From Candidatus Latescibacterota bacterium (lineage in GTDB: Bacteria > Latescibacterota > UBA2968), in the NCBI GenBank assembly GCA_965232265.1, contig CBDDPH010000002.1:1595660-1659659 (forward strand): a stretch of DNA of 64,000 nt. The letters run 5' to 3'. The notes under the pieces are model-generated. The model saw only the letters and a program-made list of their open reading frames with translations, was not told the DNA's origin and did not search any database. Shown here in pieces: positions 35,977-45,192 of the stretch. How positions within the stretch are numbered: the stretch's first letter is position 1; every line of letters starts with the position of its first letter. Both the position numbers and the translations under genes were made by a program.

Positions 35977-36540
35977 GCCAGCAATAAAGTCGTGTAGTGC
36001 CCGGCGTTTCTCATTCGTGAGCATGGTAAACAATTCTACTGTATACCATAATAAAAATATTGAGGTAAGTAAGGCAAGTCCTCTTGGGGGAATACTCGTT
36101 GTTCCAATTGCGAAATAGTAAGCATGGTACACTGTGAAGGCGATGATAAATAGAGTTGGAATGCTATCCCGCATTATGGCGTGTCTGAAAGATATGGGAT
36201 TATGTGTTTTGGCATCAACGATTTTAACTCTGGTAACCATTTTGCCGATGGTTTGCCCATACGCTCCATGCAGGTATATGCTATAAATTATCCATAGAAG
36301 AGATCGTAGAGATGAAACGGTTAAGAGTAGCCAAACAGAGCTGTAGGGTTTCTGAATAAAATTGAGGATGGTGTGCAATGGCCATACTGCAAGACTATCG
36401 ACAAAGCTTGCCCAGAATCTGGGACAAAAGGTTAAATACTGTTTTTCTGAAGGAACCTTGAGATTCTTATAAAATAACCACACAATCAATGAAGGTACAA
36501 AAAAGATACATAACGCAAGCCAATTGGGAGATACATACAA
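35935..36540 (-). CDS. RDD-family membrane protein
   Basis: PRFWASFVDSLAV (R..D), three or four TM helices, and C-terminal KRRALHDFIAGTLVV typical of RDD proteins. Confidence 0.7.
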   Translation of the reverse strand: MYVSPNWLALCIFFVPSLIVWLFYKNLKVPSEKQYLTFCPRFWASFVDSLAVWPLHTILNFIQKPYSSVWLLLTVSSLRSLLWIIYSIYLHGAYGQTIGKMVTRVKIVDAKTHNPISFRHAIMRDSIPTLFIIAFTVYHAYYFAIGTTSIPPRGLALLTSIFLLWYTVELFTMLTNEKRRALHDFIAGTLVVRTNIEDPGD

Positions 36541-36586
36541 GATACACCTCCTGTTGCACCTTATTTGGTTCTACCGTTTCTTTTTC

Positions 36587-36618
36587 GGCGATCAATCGAC
36601 AGGGTTTTTATATTCGTG
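36587..36618. repeat. Repeat copy C (about 29/33 identical to the left part of copy B)
   Basis: ggcgatcaatcgAcagggtTttTtatattCgtg, located 3 nt beyond the stop of gene 36622..38067. Confidence 0.85.
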
Positions 36619-36621
36619 AGA

Positions 36622-38067
36622 TTATTTTATCAGACTCGCATACGCTTCTCGTCCTTGTCGGAAGAGGTCTTTGACTTCTTCGCGTTGCTGGTCGGTGTTG
36701 TAACGACCTGATGTGTCGATCCATTTGAGCGCGTCTTCGATGCCGTTGAGAAAATACTGTGCGGATTCGTTGCGCTCGGCAGGTGGGCGTCCGCAGGCAA
36801 AATAGACCGGGCTGCTGTGCGCGTAGATCGATTGGTCAAAGCTGTCGCGCTGGTTGCCCCAGAGACGGGCGGCGACCCAGCCGTCGCGGTCGATATTTAC
36901 CCGGTGGCGAATGGCGCCCTCGCGTTTGCCTTCGGGATAGTTTTCCCTGTGTATGATATGCCCGTTCATCGCGATTTCGGCGCAGTGAATGGGGTAATAG
37001 GATGTGAATGTGGATTCTATGTCGAGCGAGCCGCCAGAAGGCAATTCGACCGTGGCGCCCATGGGGTGGTCGTTTGCGTTCAGGTCAATGGCGGGACCAT
37101 TGGTGATAAAGGTGTTGCCCGATTTCATACCGGCTATCCAGTTTTCGTAGGAGAACGCGCCTCTGGTATTGACATAGACGCGGTTGTTGGAGCAGACGAA
37201 CCAGTCGGTGCCGGTGGAGGCGGGCAAGGCGATGCCGCAGTTGAGCAGTTTGTACCACAGGTCGTATTCGGGGTCCATCCAGAAGGGGTCGAACAGGTTG
37301 AAGGCGTCTAATTTGCCCAGTGCTGCGGCTATGGGGGCTTCCATGCCGCGACCATTGTGACACCATATTACGATGCCGCCCTGATCGCGGGCTTCGTCAC
37401 AGCAAAAGCACAGGGGGGGATAGTCGGGGTCGAATTGCGCGGTGAGGGTGTGGCCGCGGCTGACGGGTTGGATGAGGTTGCGGATGTTGAGGAACATGAC
37501 GTGCCCATATCCGAACCCCCAGGGCGAGTTTTCGCCGTAGTGGCGGTTTTCTTCGCCGATGTCGAGGACGTGATGTGCGGTGGTAAATTCGTTCATCACG
37601 CCGATGGGATATTTGTTGCTGGCGTAGGGGAGTTGCCTTCTGTCGAGGACGCTTACGACCGTGACGTTGTAGCCTTCCACGCTACAGTCAATCGCCAGTC
37701 GGTCATCGGGACGGGTCTCTTTTTCGTCGTAGTGGATGTGCGTGTTGCCCGGGTACCAGTTTTTTTCCTGTGGGATATACCAGCGGTTGAGGGTGATTTC
37801 GACGTCTTTGACGCCGTTTTCCGGCATTTCGACCACGGTGCGGATGGGTTCGTATTCCGTGCCGCGTTCGACCAATATGTCGGTGCGCCCTCGCGAGGCT
37901 TGAACTTCAAATTCGCCATCGCAGAAGAAGAAGGGCGTGCCGGGTCCGCGTTTGAGCATGGCCTCGCGCGGGTGGCAGAAACGGCCGTTGGCGGTCAGGA
38001 CGTGTACTTTGGCGTTGATGTGTTCGCCTGTGGCGCTGTCAATAATATGTCCGTGCAGAGTGCCCAT
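36622..38067 (-). CDS. Metal-dependent hydrolase, PHP/CehA-McbA-like, with N-terminal carboxypeptidase-regulatory-like beta domain
   Basis: GTLHGHIIDSATGEHINAKVHV (CarboxypepD_reg-like), GNTHIHYDE and WCHNGRG His clusters. Family assignment is tentative. Confidence 0.45.
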   Translation of the reverse strand: MGTLHGHIIDSATGEHINAKVHVLTANGRFCHPREAMLKRGPGTPFFFCDGEFEVQASRGRTDILVERGTEYEPIRTVVEMPENGVKDVEITLNRWYIPQEKNWYPGNTHIHYDEKETRPDDRLAIDCSVEGYNVTVVSVLDRRQLPYASNKYPIGVMNEFTTAHHVLDIGEENRHYGENSPWGFGYGHVMFLNIRNLIQPVSRGHTLTAQFDPDYPPLCFCCDEARDQGGIVIWCHNGRGMEAPIAAALGKLDAFNLFDPFWMDPEYDLWYKLLNCGIALPASTGTDWFVCSNNRVYVNTRGAFSYENWIAGMKSGNTFITNGPAIDLNANDHPMGATVELPSGGSLDIESTFTSYYPIHCAEIAMNGHIIHRENYPEGKREGAIRHRVNIDRDGWVAARLWGNQRDSFDQSIYAHSSPVYFACGRPPAERNESAQYFLNGIEDALKWIDTSGRYNTDQQREEVKDLFRQGREAYASLIK

Positions 38068-38167
38068 CGCACGCTCCGATTATTCGAGATGTTTTTGCAA
38101 TAGCGTTTCGAAAATTCGATCAAATATTCCTTGCAGCCCCCCTCTCAGAGCCGCAAGGAACGCCTGA

Positions 38168-38587
38168 TTATAAGTCGAGCTTGTCTGCAAATGCCAGCAT
38201 TTTTGCTTCAACCTCCTGGGCAATCGGTTGTAGTGTTTCCTGATTGACCTCGATTTGCTGTATCCTTTCATCCACATTTGTCGAGAGACAAAAACGCAGG
38301 TTGTGTGTCAGGTCGTGGATCGCGTGCTCAATATGGTCTCGAACCGTTCCGGGAGGATACATCCACTGCCTTGCCCGGGTTTGTTTCAGGTTGATGTGGC
38401 AATGGCCTTTCCCGCCGTGTTTTTTTGCCTCGCCAAAACAGTCCAGCCGCAAAACTTCCTGATTATAAGCATACACAGATGCTGCAGGACCGTAACCCGC
38501 GCGGTCATTCCGCCAATAGACTTCCAGCCGCACATCGTCTTGTATCGGATATGTAACCCGATCTTGTCTGCCTGGTTGTAAATCCAT
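38168..38587 (-). CDS. Hypothetical protein (139 aa)
   Basis: ORF with AAGGAG-like RBS (gaaaggagaactgtcATG). No motif recognised. Confidence 0.4.
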   Translation of the reverse strand: MDLQPGRQDRVTYPIQDDVRLEVYWRNDRAGYGPAASVYAYNQEVLRLDCFGEAKKHGGKGHCHINLKQTRARQWMYPPGTVRDHIEHAIHDLTHNLRFCLSTNVDERIQQIEVNQETLQPIAQEVEAKMLAFADKLDL

Positions 38588-38754
38588 GACAGTTCTCCTT
38601 TCTTGTGTGGCGTAGATGACTACCTGTTCTATAGGTCTTTCTTCAGGATATTATTAAATTTTTTTGAAGTCAAGATACATCTCTTGTGGAGAAAAAGAAA
38701 AATCCCGCTTTGACCATTGTTTTTTGGGCGGGGCGTTTTGTATTTGATCGCTGG

Positions 38755-40359
38755 CTATTGGTCGCCTGTCTGGGAGTGAGATCGTATCCCGCATTCTATG
38801 TGATCGACGATGATATCCTCTTCGGTGTTCTCCGCAGATTTTGCGATGGTCAGGCCCAAATGGTTGTCGCCATAAATAAATGGCGGGTTTGATGGCACGA
38901 CTGTACAAGATGGGGGTTGGTCGTCATTGGGCCAGGTCCATGTCAAATTTTGAGATGGGATTTTTGTTCCGTTGATGTCAACGATGAGTGCGTCGTCTTT
39001 TGACAGGCCCTGTGTAAAGAATGTCAGGGTATTTGAGGGAATGGGTTCTGAGGGGAGATGTTCACACAGGCGAAATCTGAAGGTATCTCGTTGTCCCGTT
39101 TTTTGGCGGGAGAGGACAATTTCTTCTTTTTTATAGACCTCGCCCAAACTTTTGCTATTTGCCCAGAGTGAACGGAATGTGTAGTGTCGGTCCGGGCCGA
39201 TGTTTTGCGGGTCTTTTAATTCTACGAGGTCGTTCATCGCTGCTGGATACATTGCGGGGATTTTTGCGCCATTAGTTCCCGGGGGTTCAAACTGAGGTCC
39301 CCAGTGAAAGAAGTAATTCTGGGTCGAAAAGCCATCGGCACCTGCGGCATAGAAGTTTTGCAATGCAGCGCGGTATTGGGGCATGTCCATGAGAAATTCT
39401 GTATCGATACTGAGTCTGGGTTGCACTTGAGGATAAACATAACAGTTGTGCTGCCGGGCTATTGATACAAAGTCTTCGTATTTTTCGTTGAAGTCGGTAA
39501 ATCCGAAATCTCCAGGTGCGACATAGTCGATCAGGCTCTCTTTGATCCAGGTGGGGACGTCCAAGCTCAGTTTTTTGCAGCCCGCCATTTGCTGGGGTAC
39601 GCGAACGCCGAGGATGAGGTTCCGCGCTCTGCCTGTTGGGGAATGGGCATTGTCCAGCATGTTGCGGACTTCTCGAATAAAGCCGGTCATGGTGCTGTGG
39701 CTGCGTGATAGTTCAGCTCTGGGAAAACATTCTGCCAGACGGGTGAAGTTAAATTCCATGCCGTCGATGTCGAAGCGATTGGCGACTTCTTCCATGATGG
39801 CGAGGAGAAAGGCACGCACTTCGGGTATGGCGTAGTTTAAGGAGCATCCGTATTTCCGGCTTTCGAGCGGTGCGCGTCTGGTGGAGGGTTTGAATTCTCT
39901 GAGTACCCATTCGGGTTTTTCGTCGCAGAGTTTTTTGAAAAATTCCGTGTGGTGGCCGTGACGGTCGTTCATTCGAAAACCAGCGATAAATTCCATGCCC
40001 TGCTTATGGCATTCGTCGATATAGACTTCGACGGGCATGGTTCCGCTGTCCATGATGGGTACCAGGCGTTGGTGCTGGTGCCGAATGTCGTAAGGGCATT
40101 TGTCGGTTCGCCAGAACATGGTCATTGCTTCGGCGAAGATTTCCTGCACGAGGGTATCGATACTTCCCGCAGAGGCGTAATTGCGAACGATCTGGCGGAG
40201 TTCTTCGGGTTTGGCCGCCGGGACGCTGAGGTGGCTGGTGGTGTTTGATGGGTCGCTGACGTAGATGAGACGGCGCGTGCCACGGGGTTGCAAGTGGCCC
40301 AAGCGGGGGGATGATGTTTGTGATGTTGGTATTGGCATTTGCTCCGTCCTTGTTTGCAT
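38755..40359 (-). CDS. Hypothetical protein, possibly a TIM-barrel glycoside-hydrolase-like fold
   Basis: 534 aa ORF abutting the cupin gene stop. Alternating beta/alpha segments (GMEFIAGFRMNDRH, DGMEFNF) suggest a TIM barrel. Function not supported further. Confidence 0.4.
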   Translation of the reverse strand: MQTRTEQMPIPTSQTSSPRLGHLQPRGTRRLIYVSDPSNTTSHLSVPAAKPEELRQIVRNYASAGSIDTLVQEIFAEAMTMFWRTDKCPYDIRHQHQRLVPIMDSGTMPVEVYIDECHKQGMEFIAGFRMNDRHGHHTEFFKKLCDEKPEWVLREFKPSTRRAPLESRKYGCSLNYAIPEVRAFLLAIMEEVANRFDIDGMEFNFTRLAECFPRAELSRSHSTMTGFIREVRNMLDNAHSPTGRARNLILGVRVPQQMAGCKKLSLDVPTWIKESLIDYVAPGDFGFTDFNEKYEDFVSIARQHNCYVYPQVQPRLSIDTEFLMDMPQYRAALQNFYAAGADGFSTQNYFFHWGPQFEPPGTNGAKIPAMYPAAMNDLVELKDPQNIGPDRHYTFRSLWANSKSLGEVYKKEEIVLSRQKTGQRDTFRFRLCEHLPSEPIPSNTLTFFTQGLSKDDALIVDINGTKIPSQNLTWTWPNDDQPPSCTVVPSNPPFIYGDNHLGLTIAKSAENTEEDIIVDHIECGIRSHSQTGDQ

Positions 40360-40800
40360 TTATGGTGGGGCTGTCTGCTGCGGTTGTGCGCCAGCGGGCA
40401 GTGGCGGTACGTCGATGCCCGCCTTCGGCAGGGTGCCGGTCATTTCCTGCTGCGGATGTGCCACAAAGCCAGCGGCACAGCAATAGATCATTTTCAGGGG
40501 TACGTCTCCCGTGTTGGTGAGTTGATGGTATTCTCCTGGGGGAATGTACACGGCCTGACCGGCTTTCAGGGTTTGTCTTTCGGTTCCAAGACACATTTCG
40601 CCTTCGCCTTCGATGACGAAGTAGATTTCTTCCTGTTCCTGATTGTGCCAGGGCACCTGCCCGCCGTTGGGCTCAAAGGTGACGTATCCAACAGAGAATT
40701 CCTCGGTAGGGATGGGGGTACCAGTACCTGCAACAGGCTGTGTTCTTCTGCATGCGGGAAATTGTCGGCCTTCAATCTCGCGCAGGTCTGAGATGATCAT
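40360..40800 (-). CDS. Cupin-domain protein
   Basis: GGQVPWHNQEQEEIYFVIEGEGEM...AGQAVYIPPGEYHQLTNTG is the two-motif cupin_2 signature. Confidence 0.8.
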   Translation of the reverse strand: MIISDLREIEGRQFPACRRTQPVAGTGTPIPTEEFSVGYVTFEPNGGQVPWHNQEQEEIYFVIEGEGEMCLGTERQTLKAGQAVYIPPGEYHQLTNTGDVPLKMIYCCAAGFVAHPQQEMTGTLPKAGIDVPPLPAGAQPQQTAPP

Positions 40801-40929
40801 ATACTTACTCCTCTCAGCGAATCAGCGAATCGAAGCTCGTAGTGATTTTGGGTGATAGGGCAGGGTTCGTCTATTAGTTGATCCGTCTATGAACTGGTCT
40901 GAGAAACGACCAGTTTTACCCCGCTCCGT

Positions 40930-41520
40930 CTAATCGGCGGCGACTGTTTCGCGGGTTTTCATTCTTTCGCGTTCTTCGATGAGCAGGTTCATCCAGTGTT
41001 TCATGTACTGTCCGTGATCGTTCCACACGCGGCCACTAACCAGATTGCCGTCGATGACGCATGGTTCATCCACGAAGATGCCGCCGCAGACTTCGAGGTC
41101 AAATTGGCATTTCCAAACGCAGGCCATGCGACGCCCTTTGACTACGCCTGCGCGACACGGGATTTCAACGCCGTGACAGACGCTGGCAACGGGTTTGTTG
41201 TGTTCAAAGAAATAGCGCGTGATGCGAATGAGGTCGGGGTCGTCGCGAATGTATTCGGGCGCGCGACCGCCAGAGAAGAAGATGCCGACGTATTCGGAGG
41301 GGTCAACGTCTCGAAAGGCGATGTCTGCGTTAATCGAATACCCTTTCCATTCTTCGGTGATGTCCCAGCCGGGGGAGATTTCGTGGAGTACCATTTGATA
41401 GCGCCGTTTGTCTGGACCGGCGACAACGGGGGTAAATCCGTCTTCTTGTATTCTGAGAAACGGGTATAGCGTATCGACGGTTTCTGTGGCGTCTCCAACG
41501 ATGATGAGAACTTTGTCCAT
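40930..41520 (-). CDS. DJ-1/PfpI-family protein (type 1 glutamine amidotransferase-like)
   Basis: MDKVLIIVGD..., nucleophile elbow PVASVCHG. Start set to the ATG at 41520, preceded by an AAAGGAGAA RBS. Confidence 0.8.
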   Translation of the reverse strand: MDKVLIIVGDATETVDTLYPFLRIQEDGFTPVVAGPDKRRYQMVLHEISPGWDITEEWKGYSINADIAFRDVDPSEYVGIFFSGGRAPEYIRDDPDLIRITRYFFEHNKPVASVCHGVEIPCRAGVVKGRRMACVWKCQFDLEVCGGIFVDEPCVIDGNLVSGRVWNDHGQYMKHWMNLLIEERERMKTRETVAAD

Positions 41521-41737
41521 GACGTTCTCCTTTAGTTGTCTTTCGTGTTGTCCACGGAAGAAATAATACGGGAATTCCCATTGTGTAAATCTACTATGAT
41601 GCAATCAGGAGTCAAGAAATTATCATATTGTATTGCAAAAAAATAAGCGACTAGGGAGGGCAAAGCCCAGGGTCGCTTAATATATTAAGATATGCCCAGT
41701 GCCCGCCAGATGGCAGGCACTGGGCGGGGGAGAGATT

Positions 41738-42823
41738 TTATTCTTTTAAGCCGTATTGGCGAATAAAATCACTCGTCATTTCGCGAGCTTGATCGTCGCT
41801 GAATTGTCTGGGTGGCGATTTCATGAGGTAAGACGATGGTCCCATCAAGGGGCCTTTGAGGCCGTGGTTGAGGGCGAGTTTACAGAGTCTGACTGCGTCG
41901 ATGACCACGCCCGCTGAGTTCGGTGAATCCCAGACTTCGAGTTTGAGTTCCAGGTTGAGTGGCACGCCGCCAAAGGTTTCGCCTTCCATGCGGATATGAC
42001 ACCATTTGCGGTCTTCCAGCCAGGGAATGTGATCGCTGGGTCCAACGTGGATATTGTCTTCGCCCAGGTCGTAGTCGAGTTGAGAGGTGACGGCTTGTGT
42101 TTTGGAGATTTTTTTTGATTCCAGGCGTTCGCGCTCGAGCATGTTGTAAAAGTCGGTGTTGCCGCCAAAATTGAGCTGATACGTTTTGGTGAGTTTGACG
42201 CCGCGTTCGCGAAACAGGCGGGTGAGCACGCGGTGCGTGATGGTGGCGCCGACCTGCGATTTGATGTCGTCTCCGATGAGGGGCAGGCCGCGTTTTTCAA
42301 AGCGCTCGGGCCAGTGTCCGGCACTGGCGATAAAGACGGGCATGCAGTTGACGAAGGCACATCCGGCTTGCAGGACTTGTTCCACATACCACTTGGTGGC
42401 CTGTTCGCTGCCCACGGGCAAATAATTGACGACGACATCGGTGCGCGTGGCTTTGAGGACTTCGGCAATGTCAACCGTGTCGCCTTCGGCTTTTGTGATG
42501 ACCTGATCGAGGTATTTGCCCAGTCCATCGTGGGTCATGCCGCGGTAAACGGGCACGTCGAGGTGGGGGACATCGGCAAATTTGATGGTGTTGTTGGGAT
42601 GTGCAAAGATGGCTTCGCTCAAGTCTTTGCCCACTTTTTCAGCATTGACGTCAAAGGCTGCGGAAAATTCAATGTCGCGGATGTGATAGCCGCCCAGATT
42701 GGGGTGCATCAATCCGGGGATGAAATCATCTTCAGAAGCATTTTTGTAGTATTCGATACCCTGTACGAGGGAGGATGCACAGTTGCCTGCGCCGATGATG
42801 GCGACTCGGACTTTGGAGGACAT
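41738..42823 (-). CDS. myo-Inositol-1-phosphate synthase (inositol-3-phosphate synthase)
   Basis: [29 protein letters not shown]-binding N-terminus, and [14 protein letters not shown] (the conserved SYNHLGNNDG region in variant bacterial form). Start at 42823 after an AAGGAGAA RBS. Confidence 0.8.
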   Translation of the reverse strand: MSSKVRVAIIGAGNCASSLVQGIEYYKNASEDDFIPGLMHPNLGGYHIRDIEFSAAFDVNAEKVGKDLSEAIFAHPNNTIKFADVPHLDVPVYRGMTHDGLGKYLDQVITKAEGDTVDIAEVLKATRTDVVVNYLPVGSEQATKWYVEQVLQAGCAFVNCMPVFIASAGHWPERFEKRGLPLIGDDIKSQVGATITHRVLTRLFRERGVKLTKTYQLNFGGNTDFYNMLERERLESKKISKTQAVTSQLDYDLGEDNIHVGPSDHIPWLEDRKWCHIRMEGETFGGVPLNLELKLEVWDSPNSAGVVIDAVRLCKLALNHGLKGPLMGPSSYLMKSPPRQFSDDQAREMTSDFIRQYGLKE

Positions 42824-42961
42824 ATATTTCTCCTTAAAGAGAAAGGTGTTTAAGGTATTGTCGAACAAAATGTCTGTGTTTTTTATTTATTCGACAAATC
42901 AATAATTACTATATTATGTATAGATAAAATCTATGGCTTGCATTCCGAATAGGAGCGAGAT

Positions 42962-43885
42962 ATGAATCTTTATCATTTGCGCTATTTTTTGTCTGTTGCA
43001 CAAACCGGGAGTTTTAGCCAAGCAGCACGGGAGATGCATGTGACTCAGCCAACGGTGAGCAGTGGTATTGCGGAGTTGGAAAAAACAATGGGGGTGAGGC
43101 TTTTTAACCGGGGTGGCAAGCGCGTGGCGTTGACAATGGAAGGGCGCACGCTGGTGAATTATGCAATGCAGATCCAGGATCTGGTCGAAGAGGTAGAAGA
43201 CCACTTGCAGCGGCGCGATGTGTTGCCGGGGGAGGGGTTTCAGTTTGGCGCGATTGATGCGGCTGTGACGTATTTGTTACCGGATATTTTGAAGGATTAC
43301 AGGCGTGCTTATCCCGATGTTTCTCTGTCTGCACAGGTGGCGCCATCGCGTTATCTGGTGGATGATCTGCTGATGAATCGCTCTGAGTTTGCGGTTATTT
43401 CACTGCCATACCATCATCCGCGCGTGGAGACGGTGTCGATTTATCGGGATTCTATGCCGCTGATGGTGGGGGCATCTCATCCTTTTGCTGCACGGAAAAA
43501 CGCGACTTTGCAAGAGGTGGTGCAAGAGCCTTTGATTCTGTTTCACACGGATTCTATATCGCGCAAAATTGTGGATGAGCGATTTGGGGAAGCAGGGGTG
43601 TCTCCCGGCGTGGTGATGGAGATGCGAAGTCCAGAAGCGATGCGAAAGTTAGTGGAGGTTGGCGTTGGGATTTCGTTTTTGCCTATGCTAACTGTGCAGG
43701 AGTCTCTGGATGCTGGGGTGTTAAATGTGGTGGATGTGGAGGGGGTGGCATTTAGCCGCGAGATTGGTGTGGCGTGGAGGCGAGGACGCTATTTTAGTGC
43801 GGCGATCCGCTATTTGATTGAGGCGATTTTTGAAGCATATCAAGGGCTGGAGGTTTGGCACGAGAAGGTGGGGAGTGCAAAGTGA
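42962..43885 (+). CDS. LysR-family transcriptional regulator
   Basis: MNLYHLRYFLSVAQTGSFSQAAREMHVTQPTVSSGIAELE HTH, followed by a LysR substrate-binding domain. Confidence 0.9.
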   Translation: MNLYHLRYFLSVAQTGSFSQAAREMHVTQPTVSSGIAELEKTMGVRLFNRGGKRVALTMEGRTLVNYAMQIQDLVEEVEDHLQRRDVLPGEGFQFGAIDAAVTYLLPDILKDYRRAYPDVSLSAQVAPSRYLVDDLLMNRSEFAVISLPYHHPRVETVSIYRDSMPLMVGASHPFAARKNATLQEVVQEPLILFHTDSISRKIVDERFGEAGVSPGVVMEMRSPEAMRKLVEVGVGISFLPMLTVQESLDAGVLNVVDVEGVAFSREIGVAWRRGRYFSAAIRYLIEAIFEAYQGLEVWHEKVGSAK

Positions 43886-44014
43886 GTGGTCTTTCAGAAA
43901 ATTTATTGACTTAAAAAACCACTGGACGTCTGCTTAAAACATGCAGGCGTGACGAGTAGCTGGCGTCATTGCGGCATGGTTTTGAGCCGCAATCCAGTCT
44001 AACTAATGAGTATG

Positions 44015-45184
44015 CTAAAACTTAAACGTTTTACATTCGGTCTGTTCAAGGGTTTGTTTGATGAGGGGGGCGAGGTCGAGCGTGGATTCGATTTCGCGGA
44101 CGCTTTCCAAATTGGCGCGCGTTTCGGGGTGTTTGGGTACAAAGACAGAACAACAATCTTCGTAGGGTTCGATGGAGATTTGATATGTGCCAATGCGCCG
44201 GGCCTCATTGATGATTTCTTCTTTGTTGTCACCGGCCAATGGTCGCAAGATGGGGAGCGGAGTAACATCTTCGATGACGCGCATGTTCGACAGGGTTTGC
44301 GAGGCGACCTGCCCGACGTTTTCGCCTGTGACGAGTGCCTGAGCATCGACTTTTTGGGCAATGGCTTCTGCAATGCGGAGCATGGCGCGGCGGTAGAGAA
44401 TGACGCGATAGCTCGCGGGTGCTCGCATCATGATGTGGCGTTGAATTTCGACAAATGGCACCAGGTACAGGTCCGACGCGTATTGATGCCGGGTGAGGAG
44501 TCGCACGAGGTCTTCGGTGTTGCGCTGGGAGTTGCGATTGGTATAGGGCTGGCTGTGAAAATGCACATAGGTCAGTTTGACACCGCGTTTCATAATTTTG
44601 TAAGAAGCCACGGGTGAGTCAATGCCCGAAGAGATGAGGCTTACAGCGCGTTCATTGGAACCGACGGGCAAACCCCCTGGTGCCGAGATTTTTTCGGCGT
44701 AGATAAATATGCGTTGTGGGGCAATTTCAATAAAACAAATGAGGTCGGGGTTGTCCATCAGGACGCGGGCACCCGACAGGGTTTGAATATGCTTGCCCAC
44801 ATCCCGATTGATTTGGTCCGAATTGTGGGGAAAGGTTTTGTCGCCGCGTCTGGTGACAATTTTGAAGGATTCGAAATCGGTTTTTTGTGCGAGTGCCCAG
44901 GCTGTTTCTCGAATGGCTTCGATACTGCGTTTGGCGACCACTGCTTCGGAAAAGTTGGCGATGCCAAAGACTGTTGAGAGTCGTTCTCGGATGACATCTA
45001 TCGGCGATTCTGAGGTGAGTGCGAGCATCATGCGACCCGATAGACGTTCGAGCTTTCCACAGGGTACGCCTTTGAGTGCGCGGTTGATGTTGGTCATCAG
45101 ATGCCGTTCAAATTTGCCCCGGTTTTTGCCTTTGAGGCCAATTTCGTGATAGTGTATAAGTATGAAGCGAGCGTTGGTCATCAT
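44015..45184 (-). CDS. thiI: tRNA 4-thiouridine(8) synthase ThiI (no rhodanese domain)
   Basis: N-terminal ferredoxin-like/THUMP region (HEIGLKGKNR), PP-loop SLISSGIDSPVA, C-terminal VTGENVGQVASQTL. Confidence 0.9.
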   Translation of the reverse strand: MMTNARFILIHYHEIGLKGKNRGKFERHLMTNINRALKGVPCGKLERLSGRMMLALTSESPIDVIRERLSTVFGIANFSEAVVAKRSIEAIRETAWALAQKTDFESFKIVTRRGDKTFPHNSDQINRDVGKHIQTLSGARVLMDNPDLICFIEIAPQRIFIYAEKISAPGGLPVGSNERAVSLISSGIDSPVASYKIMKRGVKLTYVHFHSQPYTNRNSQRNTEDLVRLLTRHQYASDLYLVPFVEIQRHIMMRAPASYRVILYRRAMLRIAEAIAQKVDAQALVTGENVGQVASQTLSNMRVIEDVTPLPILRPLAGDNKEEIINEARRIGTYQISIEPYEDCCSVFVPKHPETRANLESVREIESTLDLAPLIKQTLEQTECKTFKF

Positions 45185-45192
45185 GAGATGGA

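Noticed and set aside
35930-36618. Integron attC sites / gene cassette array
   Set aside because: There are no R'/R'' GTTRRRY core sites, no extended imperfect palindrome of attC type, and no intI integrase or attI in the window. It is kept only as a cassette-like boundary repeat.
43886-44014. Terminator between the LysR gene and thiI (TTGCGGC...GCCGCAA hairpin)
   Set aside because: The stem is present, but there is no U-run on either strand, so the evidence is not strong enough to call.
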